Shown here in pieces: positions 12,425 to 23,500 of a DNA stretch of 30,006 bases. The DNA is from Macrostomum lignano (lineage: Eukaryota): assembly GCA_002269645.1 (NCBI GenBank), contig NIVC01004963.1, forward strand, positions 1 through 30,006. Reading direction: 5' to 3'. A program made the position numbers and the translations under genes. The notes below the pieces were generated by a model. The model was given only the letters and a program-made list of their open reading frames with translations, had not been told where the DNA came from and ran no database searches. The stretch's first letter is position 1, and each line of letters begins with the position of its first letter.

Positions 12425-12930
12425 TTGAAATTCACTTCATTAAAGATTCATGTTCTTGGATTTTCACTAACGTCCTAGAAGATCCGCTCACATCCTTAAA
12501 GATTCGCTCATGTCTTTGAATATTCACTCACGTGCTTAAAGATTCACTCAAGTACTTGAAGATTCACTCAAGTACTTGAAGATTCACTCACGTACTTGAA
12601 GATTCACTCACAGTCATCTGAGATTCACTCACAGTCATCTGAGATTCACTCACAGTCATCTGAGATTCACTCACAGTCATCTGAGATTCACTCACAGTCA
12701 TCTGAGATTCACTCACAGTCATCTGAGATTCACTCACAGTCATCTGAGATTCACTCACAGTCATCTGAGATTCACTCACAGTCATCTGAGATTCACTCAC
12801 AGTCATCTGAGATTCACTCACAGTCATCTGAGATTCACTCACAGTCATCTGAGATTCACTCACAGTCATCTGAGATTCACTCACAGTCATCTGAGATTCA
12901 CTCACGTACCACGAGATTCACATCCTTTGA
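12425..12930. repeat. Minisatellite: 14 identical 21-bp units (AGATTCACTCACAGTCATCTG, 12600-12893) flanked by diverged 20-bp relatives
   Basis: Exact 21-bp period. The flanking units are of the type GAAGATTCACTCACGTACTT. It explains the SSEIHSQ and MTVSESQ ORFs. Confidence 0.96.
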
Positions 12931-14246
12931 AATCGACGTTACGGTCAGAATTTCAGATTGTCAAGAATTTACATTCTTGTAGTTTTCGTCTTAAGAACTT
13001 GCTCGCCACGAAAACTAGAAACAGTGCGTCTAATTAGCTAAGTTCTTTGATAAGTGTCTTCGATCTACATATTTAGTCAAAAATTTCTGGTAAGCAGTGG
13101 ATTCTGGGATCAATCCCAATCGTTTCTGATGTAAGGACAGAAATTCACAACAAAATAATCTGGCCTAGTTTGCAGTGGAGCAGCTAAAAATACTCAAATT
13201 TTATTTGCTCCACAGCTCCGCCTCTCTTCTCCCCTCCCAAAGGATTTCTCCGCTGTATGACCAGCATCCTTAACAGGGTCCACTGGGTGGCTACCCCGCC
13301 TTATTCTTGTCCACTCAGCTGTACAGGACCACTTTTTCGTTTCAAAGTTACCGCAGCTACAGACAGACAGATCTCGGTAGGAGGCTCGGCTGAGGAACGA
13401 AATGCAATCAATGCGGCAGGCTTCAGCCAAGCCAGAAATAGAATAAAATGATGAAGCATGGATATATAGGCCGACCGCAGCAGCGTCCGGGTTTGTCGCG
13501 CTCTGCTGACGAGATAATTTGATACTGCCGAATCCCCGAGCGAGCTCAAGTGTTCTCCCAAGCCTTAAAATAGCCGCAGCAAATCGAGCATGTACTCCTT
13601 CGGCCCCCCATGAGATTGGGGAAAGTGAGATTAGCAGCAGTTCCTACACCTTGAATAATTGCAGCTTGTTGTTGGCTGGTGAAATGAATATATAGCTTGT
13701 TGCAGCCATTGAGACAGCTGCCTACTTACTGCACTACGATCAACTGCCATAAGAACTTTCTGTATGTTCAGTGCTAAAAATTAGCACGCAGTGGAAGAAG
13801 TAATTTGTAGAACCCATTGTTGATTACACAGCTAAGAATTAATAGCTCCAAATGTCGCTTCCAACACTCATCTAACGCTTATCGTTGATTATCCAACACT
13901 TATCACTCAGATTCGCACGAAAACTCAGCGTCTTGTCATGATTAAATCCCCTTACAGCATAGTAAGCATAGGTGCACGGAAAATATTCAAAGGTTTCCTG
14001 TCTACTCGTAAAACAGGTCACTAATGCAAAGATTAAATAAAATCTGAAGCTTTTTGAAAGCTTTTTAAAAAAACTATAATTTCACACAGCAACTGGGCAG
14101 TTTTTGACTGAAAGGCTTCGTAAACTATGGCTGCGCTCTTTGTTAGCAAAATTGGATTAAAATAAATTTGTTTCTGTAGTCCATGGCTAGTCAAAATGAG
14201 GAATAAATACGTTATTCCTTATATTTATAGTTTCTTATATTTTTCG

Positions 14247-14523
14247 GCTGACGACGGCTTCCTGCTACGCAGAGGCATCGCTCGCTGCCACAGCGAAAAG
14301 CGCCTGAGCGTGCTTGCTATGCCGACAACCTCACCTCCTATCCTCGTCCGTTGAAGGCGCCCAGCGCCAGATCGACAGACTATTCGAGGTGGCATCGAGC
14401 GTCGGTCTGGTTGTCAACATGCTGAATACCGAGTTGCTGACTGTGCCGACCTGACGTGCTGCGGCGCAGACGGGCAGACGACCAAGCTCGCACACTGCCA
14501 GCGGTTCCCCTATCTCGGCGGAG
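14247..14523 (+). mobile_element. Decayed non-LTR retrotransposon (RTE-like) reverse transcriptase fragment, left part
   Basis: Across frameshifts it reads DDGFLLRR..EKRLSVL-YADNLT-SSVEGAQRQIDRLFEVASSVGLVVNMLNTELL..GADGQTTKLAHCQRFPYLGG. These are the YADD (here YADN), GLxVNxxKT and FxYLG motifs of LINE RT, with stops and frameshifts. Confidence 0.88.
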
Positions 14524-15245
14524 CACCCCAACTGCCAGCCGGAAAACTGCTAGCCGACAACTGCCAGCCGGAAAACTGCTAGCCGACAATTGCCAGCCGA
14601 CAACTGCCAGTCGACAACTGCAAGCCGACAACTGCCAGCCGACAATTGCCAGCCGACAATTGCCAGCCGAGAAAACTGCCAGCCGAGAAAACTGCCAGCC
14701 AACAAGTTCTAGCTAATTGAATCTACTGTAGCCTATATATATATATGTGAAGGAGAAGGCATTCAAATTTCGTATTTTAGGTAGCCTTTGCTCTTTCTTT
14801 GAAAGCTTTATTTAAGTAAAGTAATTTAATAGACTTATCTAGGATTGCGTCATATAGCAATCGAAATCGCAAATTAAATAATAAAGTAAATGAACTTTCA
14901 ATACAGAAATATTTACAATGGGCATTACAGAATGCCTTCTCCTTCACATATACTTCTAATGGAAATCTGAAAAAATTAGGGAAGGGAAGGGCGACATTTA
15001 ATGCTAACCCACAAGCCTTTTGCTAGCCAAACAGTTTCGTGCTTTTTACTTAGCTAATAAGTAGGCTACAGTAGATTCAATTAGCTAGAACAGTTTTCGG
15101 GCTGGCAGTTTTCTCGGCTGGCAATTGTCGGCTGGCAGTTGTCGGCTGGCAGTTGTCGACTGGCAGTTGTCGGCTGGCAGTTGTCGGCTGGCAATTGTCG
15201 GCTGGCAGTTTTCCGGCTGGCAATTGTCGGCTGGCAGTTGGGGTG
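14524..15245. mobile_element. Non-autonomous foldback/MITE-like DNA element with long inverted arms built from 13-bp tandem repeats
   Basis: Perfect 18-bp termini CACCCCAACTGCCAGCCG / CGGCTGGCAGTTGGGGTG. Inverted arrays of GACAACTGCCAGCC-type units at 14529-14702 and 15097-15240. A 30-bp perfect inverted pair at 14706-14735 / 15062-15091. No coding capacity. Confidence 0.85.
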
Positions 15246-15249
15246 GACC

Positions 15250-15365
15250 CGGTCTGGTGCCCTACGTGGAGGAAGACCTCCAGCGGCGCAGAGGACTTGC
15301 CTGAGCGGCCTTCCGTTCGATCCGGGCCGTCCTCCAGTCCGAAGCGCTGCCCGACTGCCAGAGCG
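15250..15365 (+). mobile_element. Decayed RTE-like RT fragment, right part, resuming after the foldback insertion
   Basis: Reads GLVPYVEEDLQRRRGLA*AAFRSIRAVLQSEALPD, the expected continuation after FxYLG (D..RR..LAW.AF), with W replaced by a stop. Confidence 0.8.
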
Positions 15366-15544
15366 GTGGCCGAAAAGGAGAGTGCGGTCTAAAAATTGAT
15401 CGCGATAGTTCGAGTTTTAGGTCATTAAGAAGCTACTGAACTACTGAGTATTTTTAGTAGTATTTTAGAGCACGGTCAGTAGATATCCTTGCGCTGTTTC
15501 TCTGTCGTTTAAAACTTCAAAATATAGCAATCCGGCCTAGAGGT

Positions 15545-15675
15545 TTATATCTCCTCTCCTCTGAGCTCTTATCTCTTCTGTCCTTTTTTGTCTCTCAACT
15601 CGTTCATCCTCTTATCTCCTCTCTCACCTCTTTTCTCTTTTCATACTTCTGATCTTTACCTTCTCTTATCTGTCC
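15545..15675. repeat. Pyrimidine-rich (CT-rich) low-complexity tract
   Basis: Almost only C and T, with irregular CTCTT words. Confidence 0.65.
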
Positions 15676-18093
15676 ACTAGCGATCGTATTCCCACTCCTT
15701 TCCTATCTCATCTGGCGAGCAATCTTAAGCTGGATGCTTTATCTGGCTTGTCAGGTAAAAAGGTTTCCAACCACTATGACCTAGCTAAAAGGCTCATTCA
15801 TACGAGCGTACTGCAATCAAATGAGGTCAATTATTGTGATTTCTCGTTGCCTTGTACATAGCTGGAGCGAGTTATGATTAAATAGATCGACTCAGACCGG
15901 TAACGACTTTCAAACCACGACTCGGGCTTAACCTAGCGGATATTATTACAAACCTCAACGCTATTTTAGACGAACGATGGTGCGGGTCTCAGTTTTGTGT
16001 CCAGGTATTTAACTAAATTCATCCATGTGGGACCCCTAAAGACTATAAATCTCTTCATTTTCTGGCTCGATTTTGCCATAGCAGTGCGTACCTATTCATA
16101 GAGAATTTCAGTTAGCAAAAACCTGCAATCTCATTATGCAGCGGAGCCTTCAATTGTAATTGTCACGTTGCAGAGCGCTCGAGGGTACCGCCTCGCCACC
16201 CCCAGCCTCCCTCCCGAGCAACACGCTTTTCGGCCGAGCCGCTGCAGCACGTGTTGGGTGCAGAACCGGTGGTGTTTTGGACGCCTGGGCTGGCCAGACA
16301 GGCCACACTCCACTCAAACTGTATTTTTGTTGACAAGTTCTGCTTTGACCTATTCGTGATACTACTCGTAAGATTGCATAAAAGGTCCTGTAGCTCGTGC
16401 TTGTAGCTCGTGCCTAAACGGTTGGACTAGATACGTAGCTAATTGCTGCGGTCCAGACTGGTTAAAGAAGCCTGAGTCTCTTGTTGAACTTGCAGACAGT
16501 GCAATTGTTGAAGACTGAAGATCGGAAGCATCAGGTTTCAGAGACATTATCTCACACTAAGTGCAGAGGCTATTCTGCTCATTCTGCTGACTCCTGAGTA
16601 CGCCAATATTGTACGCAGACACACAGTCATGCACAAATCCCAAAGATTTTGTGAACCATAATTAAACCGACAGATCATATTTGGTTTTGTTTTACTGCGA
16701 TGCAGAAAGATGAAAACGGGAAACAAATAAAACACTCGAACTTTTGTGATCAAAGTTAGAATTTGCGTCAATAATGATTTGATGATTCTTTCCACCTGCT
16801 GGAACGGAAAATTTTACTGAAATTTTTGTGAAGCAATTTTCTAAGGCTGAAGAAAGTCAATTTACCAGCCCAGATATCAAACTGAATAGCCACACTTGGG
16901 TTCGGTCTCGAAAAATGGTTATAGAAGTGACATCAAGTGATAAATGTGCTGCTACAAACTCAAAGAGAATGCAGCTCAGGCAAAGAAAGCCAGACAGACC
17001 GTCAAAAAGACGCCAATTGTCAGCGGTATGGGGCCATTGCGTATTTGTGCCTTGACAAGCTGCAGAGGTGCTGAGACTGAGACTGAACTCGGGTTTAACC
17101 GTTCTAGTTCGTTGCCTATAGCTAGCGAGTGAACTCCAATCAAGCACACTAATTTTTTCTGGGAATAAAACGTTTTAGTTACTAAGTAATGAAAAAAAAT
17201 TATCATTGTCTACCCTCAAAACCATATACAGCTAACCATTATTCTGCTTTAGAGAAATAATTGCCTCGCACTTCAATCAGGACTAAACATCTGCTACTTC
17301 AGAGCTCCGACTAACTTGCGAACTTAGTGGGGAAGCTTCTTGGCGATGAAAATGAGTAAACGATGCCCATTTTGAGCATGCACATCCACACGGATTCTGC
17401 AGTGGCCCTGACTCTTTTTAAAGAACGAATCGAGCATATACACCCTGGTCCTCTTGTCCGGAAATTTAGGAGAAATCAATCTGTGTGAGAAATAAGAGAT
17501 GGAATAGAAATGTGAAAAATAATTCGGTCAAACTGATTCAAAACGTGTTCTACTGAGCAGTGTCACAAAACGCAGCAATACCGAAACAGCATAAACACAA
17601 TGAACTCTCAGCCTCTGTAGCAGAAAATTTCAACGCACGTTTTTTCAAGCGTTGCTGAAGACACGTGCGGTTGAGATTGAGGCACAGAAACTAGCTTTCC
17701 TAGCTCTCTTATTATCTCTCTCCTTCGGACCCTGCGGCACAAGTTTGAAAAGCATCTAGAAATTTCTTGAGCTACTCTTTGGATCGTGTGCTCAACACGC
17801 GACCTCCGAGGCTGCACAATAATGCATTCGAGTTTTATTAGTTGAAAAACTGTCGCAGGTGCGGGGGCAAACAACACGAGGCTGTTTGGTATCTGTGTTG
17901 CACCGCAATGAACAATGGAGGCTGGCTCGGGTTAGGGGTCTCTCTGCGCGCGCCATGCAGTCTCGTGTCGCTAGTTGAGAAGAGAATCAGTTCAGCAGCA
18001 GCCGCTAAAGATGAGGGAGAGGCTGAACTGGGGGGGGTTGTCGGCAGGGCTATTGTTCGATTCTTCGATCGCCCGAGCGCTGCATCAAGTGCG

Positions 18094-18100
18094 TATAAAA
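18094..18100 (+). promoter_or_regulatory. Candidate TATA box of the large VWA/polycationic gene
   Basis: TATAAAA followed about 30 nt later by an Inr-like TCAG (18126-18129). ATG is at 18318. Confidence 0.35.
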
Positions 18101-18317
18101 CTGGACGCTGAGTGGCGGCAGCAGCTCAGCTCGAACGTGGTCGGCTCGCGCGACAACGTCTTCCCAAGTTTTGTTAAAAACAGCAAAAGTGTTTAGAATC
18201 TTATACTCGACAAGTCCTGGCAACGGAGATTACTAGATCGCACAAGTGGGACAACGTTAAACTGCAAACCTAATATTTATAGTCGAGTGAACGCTAGTGA
18301 ACCTAGCAGCAGAGGTC

Positions 18318-18422
18318 ATGCCGTCAACGGCTACTAAATGCAGCCGTGCGGTCCTCCTGCTTGCGCTCTGCATCGCCGTAGCGGCCGCCGCAACTGACGA
18401 CGCAACGGAGCAGACGCCAGAG
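18318..18422 (+). CDS. Exon 1: signal peptide and start of acidic pro-region
   Basis: MPSTATKCSRAVLLLALCIAVAAAATDDATEQTPE, donor GAG|gtaatt (phase 0). Confidence 0.75.
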
Positions 18423-20472
18423 GTAATTGACTGCTGTGAAGCTTTGTTTTACTGTACTTGTCGGACCAGAAACTATCTTTATGCTTTGCTGAGATGACGA
18501 ATGTTCTAATCCATAGATTATAAATTTTATATTTTCTGCGATAGGCCATGTGCTTTTATGCAGTTTAAATGAGCAACTGCTCAAATTAGTTTGTAGGGAT
18601 ATAACACAGCTTTTCGAAATCGTTCCATTATTGCTAGTTATAGGTGATGATTTTTCGAAAATCAAATAAATTAACCATTGTCTTAACTAAGAATTATCCG
18701 TGTTACATTCATAGAAGCGTTCTTTACATATGCTATTTTAAGACTGTGTTAAATTATGTCTATGCATTTGTAGTCAAATGGTCTACTAGAGACTATTCTG
18801 AGATCTAGTCTTGATCTACTCTTAGATATGGTCTTAGATATGGTCTTAGATCTAGTCTTATATCTAATCTTAGATCTAGTCATGATCAAGTGTTGGATCT
18901 AATCTTAAATAGTCGTAGATATATTCTTCGATTAAAAAAGACCTGCTTGAACTTTTTGAGATACAAACTGGCGCTAAACTAGGTGTACAGTTAGACAGTT
19001 CCATGGCTATTTTTCACCACACTCCCCATCCCCGTGAATTGCGCAGCAAATGCTGGAGAACATGAACGACGCTATCGAGGTGCCGGATTCCATCGAGTTG
19101 GACGGAAATCCGGGCGCCTTCGCCGATTCAATCAACGAGATCGAGGCCGAGGACGAGGGCGTGGACGATCTGGCTGCCAAAGCCATCTCGAGGCACGGTG
19201 AGTTTCAAATTATTTTTTGGCACCTTTCACTCAATTTGTCAGAGCTTAATAACTATGGATATAGATAATTACGTGTAAATAGTTAACATGTGTGCCTTGG
19301 AAGCTGCAATTAGTATGAGCAGAAACAGTGGGCCCGAGAGTTCTTCAACCGATTGGTGATCAGGATGTCACGCGGAAGCGTTGCCAGTGTTGGAAAATCA
19401 GCTCCGGTACCCATGGTGCTGGCGCCTACTGAAAATTGGACCCCTCAATTAGAGGCCCACCCAAAAATGGGATCACTAACAAAAGATCCCGGCTGCGCCC
19501 CTGATGATTGACTTACTTACTTGACTCAGCTGCAGGGGGCTCTGGGCACCCGGATGCAGCGGGGAGGCGTTGCCGCCCATTCCGCTAACCCCTGGCGACC
19601 ACGGGCAGCCGGTGCTCCAGTGGTGCCGGTTTCCACAGCGCACCCCCCCCCCTACGGAGAGTCCAGGAGGTGGATTGTCGCTCACCCGGTAGCCCTTAGG
19701 TAGTGGACGAGGTGGCAGAGATTCTCAAGCCTGAAAATGGCCGATGTAGGTGCGCCTGTCCCGAGTAAAGGCGGAGCATTCACGGATAAAGTGCTCCGCA
19801 TTCTCAACACCGGAGAGGCAGAATGGGCATTCCTCGCTACAGATGCGCCCCTGATGCTACGACGCTTGTACATGCTTGTGGTCCCTGACATGCCGGATTA
19901 CATCACCGATAGTACCTCTGCTGGTTAAAATACCCTTTTCAAAACAGATTCACCAATGATATTGCTTAACTTCTGTTCTGTGCGACAGAGTGACTTTGAG
20001 CTGAAAGTTTCAACTGTTGCTGAGTAAAATCTGTGAAGCAAAGTTTTTGAGCTCCATTGCGCGCCAAGTATTCCAGGCACCCAGTTAACGCAGCAACCAA
20101 GTTGTTTACTCATAATAATGCAACTATTATAGCTAATGCATTAACATGGGGTGGCACGTGCCGCTGGAAGGCATAATGCGCAGTCTGCGTGTTTACTGAC
20201 TCTGATGGCGAACGAATCTAAGCTGAGGAGGGAGGGAGGGTGGGGCCGAGAGGGCGCAGCAACAAGTGACGACGCACGTGCTGCTTGATTCGGTAGCCAG
20301 CACGTGAAGACCGCGCACGCCCTGCCCCCACTCCCCGGGCACAGCAGCTTCCAACAGTGCCTTCAGTGTGTCAGCTTGGTGCAGAATTTTTTTTTAATCA
20401 AAGCAGTTTGGTTGGGTTGGTTCGGGCACAATAGAGACGAGACAATGCAGTTAGAATGATGCCCCGGGGGTA

Positions 20473-20513
<41 letters not shown>

Positions 20514-23500
20514 ACAGCCCCACCCAGCCCTTACTCAGTTGCCAGAGACCACGAGTACTCGACCCCCCCCCCACTTGGCACCCAAACTCTGTGGCGCCAT
20601 AGCCAGTCAACTCAATATAGCCAATAGAAGGCCTAACGACAGTGGCTAAAAAACCTCATTGGATTGTGCTTGCTTAAAATACTAGAACTGATTAGTCCTG
20701 CCATTATGTGGCTCAAAATGTATAATTTGTTGTGTGGATTTTATAAACGAACTGACTTCTGGCATCTATCTATATGGATGTCAATGGATTTGACTCTGAT
20801 AACAAATGACAAGTGAATGATATATTGGCGTTACATTACTTACTCTATAATAAAACTATCTTTGCGCAGCAAAAATCAGCACATAACTCTCTAGGGAATT
20901 TAGTAAATTGACTTATTTTAGTTTAGTTTACGCATAATAGTTCAATGTATGCATTCAGCCCTGCCCAAACATCGCAGGCCACTCGTCGCCAAAAAAGCGG
21001 GTTGCCGGTCGCGGCTTACGCGGCGGCTGCCGCAAAGGCATCTGTGTCGGCACCTCGACCATCGATTTCACATTCTTGGTGGACGGCAAGCACTTCCAGC
21101 GCTGGCGCAAGTTCGCCGCCCATCTGGTCAACCGGCTGCGAGTCGCCCGCTATCGAGTCCGCGTCAACATGATCGTGGCCGGCACCCGGCCTCACTTGCT
21201 GTTCGGTTTCGAATCAGCCAAGTCGAGCATCATCTCCAAGATTAGGCGAACTCGATACGCCAGCAAGGCTGGGAACGTGGCGCTAGGCGAGGCTCTGTAC
21301 TTCTACAGGCGGCGCATTCTCAGGAAAGGACGCCGGTTCAGCGGCAAACTGATCGTGGTGCTCGCTAGCGTAGACTCGAACTCTGGACGCAGCGTGTCGA
21401 ATCAAGTTAGCTACCTAACGGCCAAGGGTGTCACATTCCTGCCAGTTATGGTGGGCTACGATGTGTCTCAGTGAGTTGCTCGTTTTACTGCTGCTATTAT
21501 GTTATTGAAATGCGAAAATTTAAACAGATTACGAGCGCAGAAAATTAATTTCATTCCTAAAGTGCAGCCACCAAGCGACTTGTGCAGTTAAATACTCTTG
21601 ATTTTTAACAGGGCATTTTGGAAGAGCCGCGCTACAGCTGGAAAGTACGTCTGGGTGCCCAAGTTTTCCAGTCTTCAGTTCGTGGTTGACGCCTTCATCC
21701 ACATGCACATCCGATGGAAGAGTGAGTTGACATTCGATTTTAAAAGTTGAATTTTGCGGCTAGATCAATAGCTTTCCAAAAATTCGTACCATTCGGCATT
21801 GAAAGATTGATAAAAAGTACGATTGCTTATACTCAGCAAAAGACAAAGGTGTTCAAGGATACACGCGTTATTAAATTAAAATTTCCACTGTTCTAATTTC
21901 CTGTCTTCATTCGTTTTCATCAAACTGTCTATCTCAAATCCTGTAGATTGAGAGATGCGCATTGAGTCCTGTGTCAGAATAAATGTCTATGGCCCAGAGT
22001 CTTGCCACTCAACTGAGAAACGCTCGAAATTCTTGCGAAGAAGGGGGGACACTCTTGTCTGCTGCTGAGTCTGAATGGATATTCAATTCTATTATTCTAA
22101 GCCGGGAATCCGTCGTTTACGAAAATAAGTCCCTACTTTTGAGGAGAATTAAACCGTTTAAAGCTATCAGTATAGCATTATCATATAGAATGATCAACCG
22201 AAAACGATCGTGTATATGATAATGCGCTTATGTCTATGATTTCAGAATTAAATAATAATCCAATATTTAAAGATCCAAGTGGCAAAAATTCTGAAACCAT
22301 AGACTTAATCTACCATTAGACGATTGAATTCTCCTCCGATTGAAAGTGAAATACTTTTACCATAGACTACGGACTGGCCACAAACAAACATAGTATATTT
22401 TTAGCATTGTAAAATTGCAATCGAATTTCATATATAATAATACTTATCATAGTTTATGGTTAAAAAGTAATCGGCCACACTCAATAGTCCTCTGCTCGCT
22501 TCGATCGCCTCGAGACCGTTAAATACAGTCTTGGACTTTTTAACCATAGAATGTGAATTAAACGGCGCTTATTCCCCAATCGTCCCGGTCAAATAAGTCT
22601 ATGGTGTTGTGTTGAAAAATTTATTTGTCCCGGGCGAAAAAAAGGATCTATATGACCATAAAAACGATCAGAACCATAGACAATTAACCATAGACTAATG
22701 CTGTCAGTCATGTTTGCAAATTTTATACTTCGTGTACAAGCCATTCACCTAAACTGATTAAAATTGTTTTCTGCTTTTTATGTCGATCAGAAAGACCGAG
22801 CCAAGTGGGGACAATACTTCTATATCTCCCGTTCATTCATTTTTCTATGGTCAAAACAACTTCGAACTTAACTCTCGAAGTTAATAATTTCTAAGTCATT
22901 CTGACGGCCATAGAAAAATGAATAAACGGGAGATGTTTTATATATTATTTATACAAAATCTAAACAATCTGTCTAAGGCTTATGTAATGTTTGGTACCAT
23001 TCCAATTGCCCGTAGGCATAGCAGTATCTTTTATAAATATATAATACACTGAAACAAGAAGATACCCTAGGCATAAACTCCAAAACATAGAGTATCTCCG
23101 AGTTAAAGTGTATTATTCTAATGTAGTACACTCTGCCTGTTCGCCTTGTCTTTTCCCTAGTGTTAAAACTTGCGGAGATTATCAGTAGCTTATCTCCGCT
23201 ACCATGGACAACGGAATTCTTTATTTGTTAACAGCGCATTATAAAATCTAGATATTTAGTTCGAGTTTATCTCCGGGGGAGAAATTAATCTCCGCTCCCT
23301 GTATAGATCCATCGCGGCTCACAGGCAGTGAATTGCATGCTAATAACAGACTTACTAAACCTAAACAATTTCAGTGAAAATGACCATGAGCAGCGTATTG
23401 AAGTGTCCCAAGCCGGTTCGGTACAAGACTCCCTGCAAGCACGGCTTCCGCAAAACCATGGAAATTGGCTTTGTCAAAACGCTCAACAAATGCAACCCGA

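Noticed and set aside
12588-12982. MTVSESQ and SSEIHSQ repeat proteins
   Set aside because: They are by-products of the 21-bp minisatellite, with no synonymous variation between units.
14380-15399. ORFs with SRQLPADNCQP / SAGSCRLAVVGWQL repeats
   Set aside because: They are three-frame translations of the 13-bp repeat arms of the foldback element.
10050-15675. The GA-rich tract at 10050-10213 and the CT-rich tract at 15545-15675 as inverted ends of one large element
   Set aside because: They are only compositionally complementary, and I found no alignable inverted match.
16168-16359. LPPEQHAFRPSRCST as a LINE RT QxGFRxxRST motif
   Set aside because: It is a single short motif with no flanking RT motifs that I could read. 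It would need a BLASTx hit to accept.
16362-18196. Short ORFs between the RTE relic and the giant gene
   Set aside because: No domain motifs, no consistent splice chain and mixed strands. They may be decayed repeats, which I cannot establish by eye.
20949-21245. ORF MHSALPKHRRP.. as exon 3 of the giant gene
   Set aside because: It stops at 21245 with no suitable donor or domain. The overlapping frame encodes the VWA and splices in phase to exon 4.
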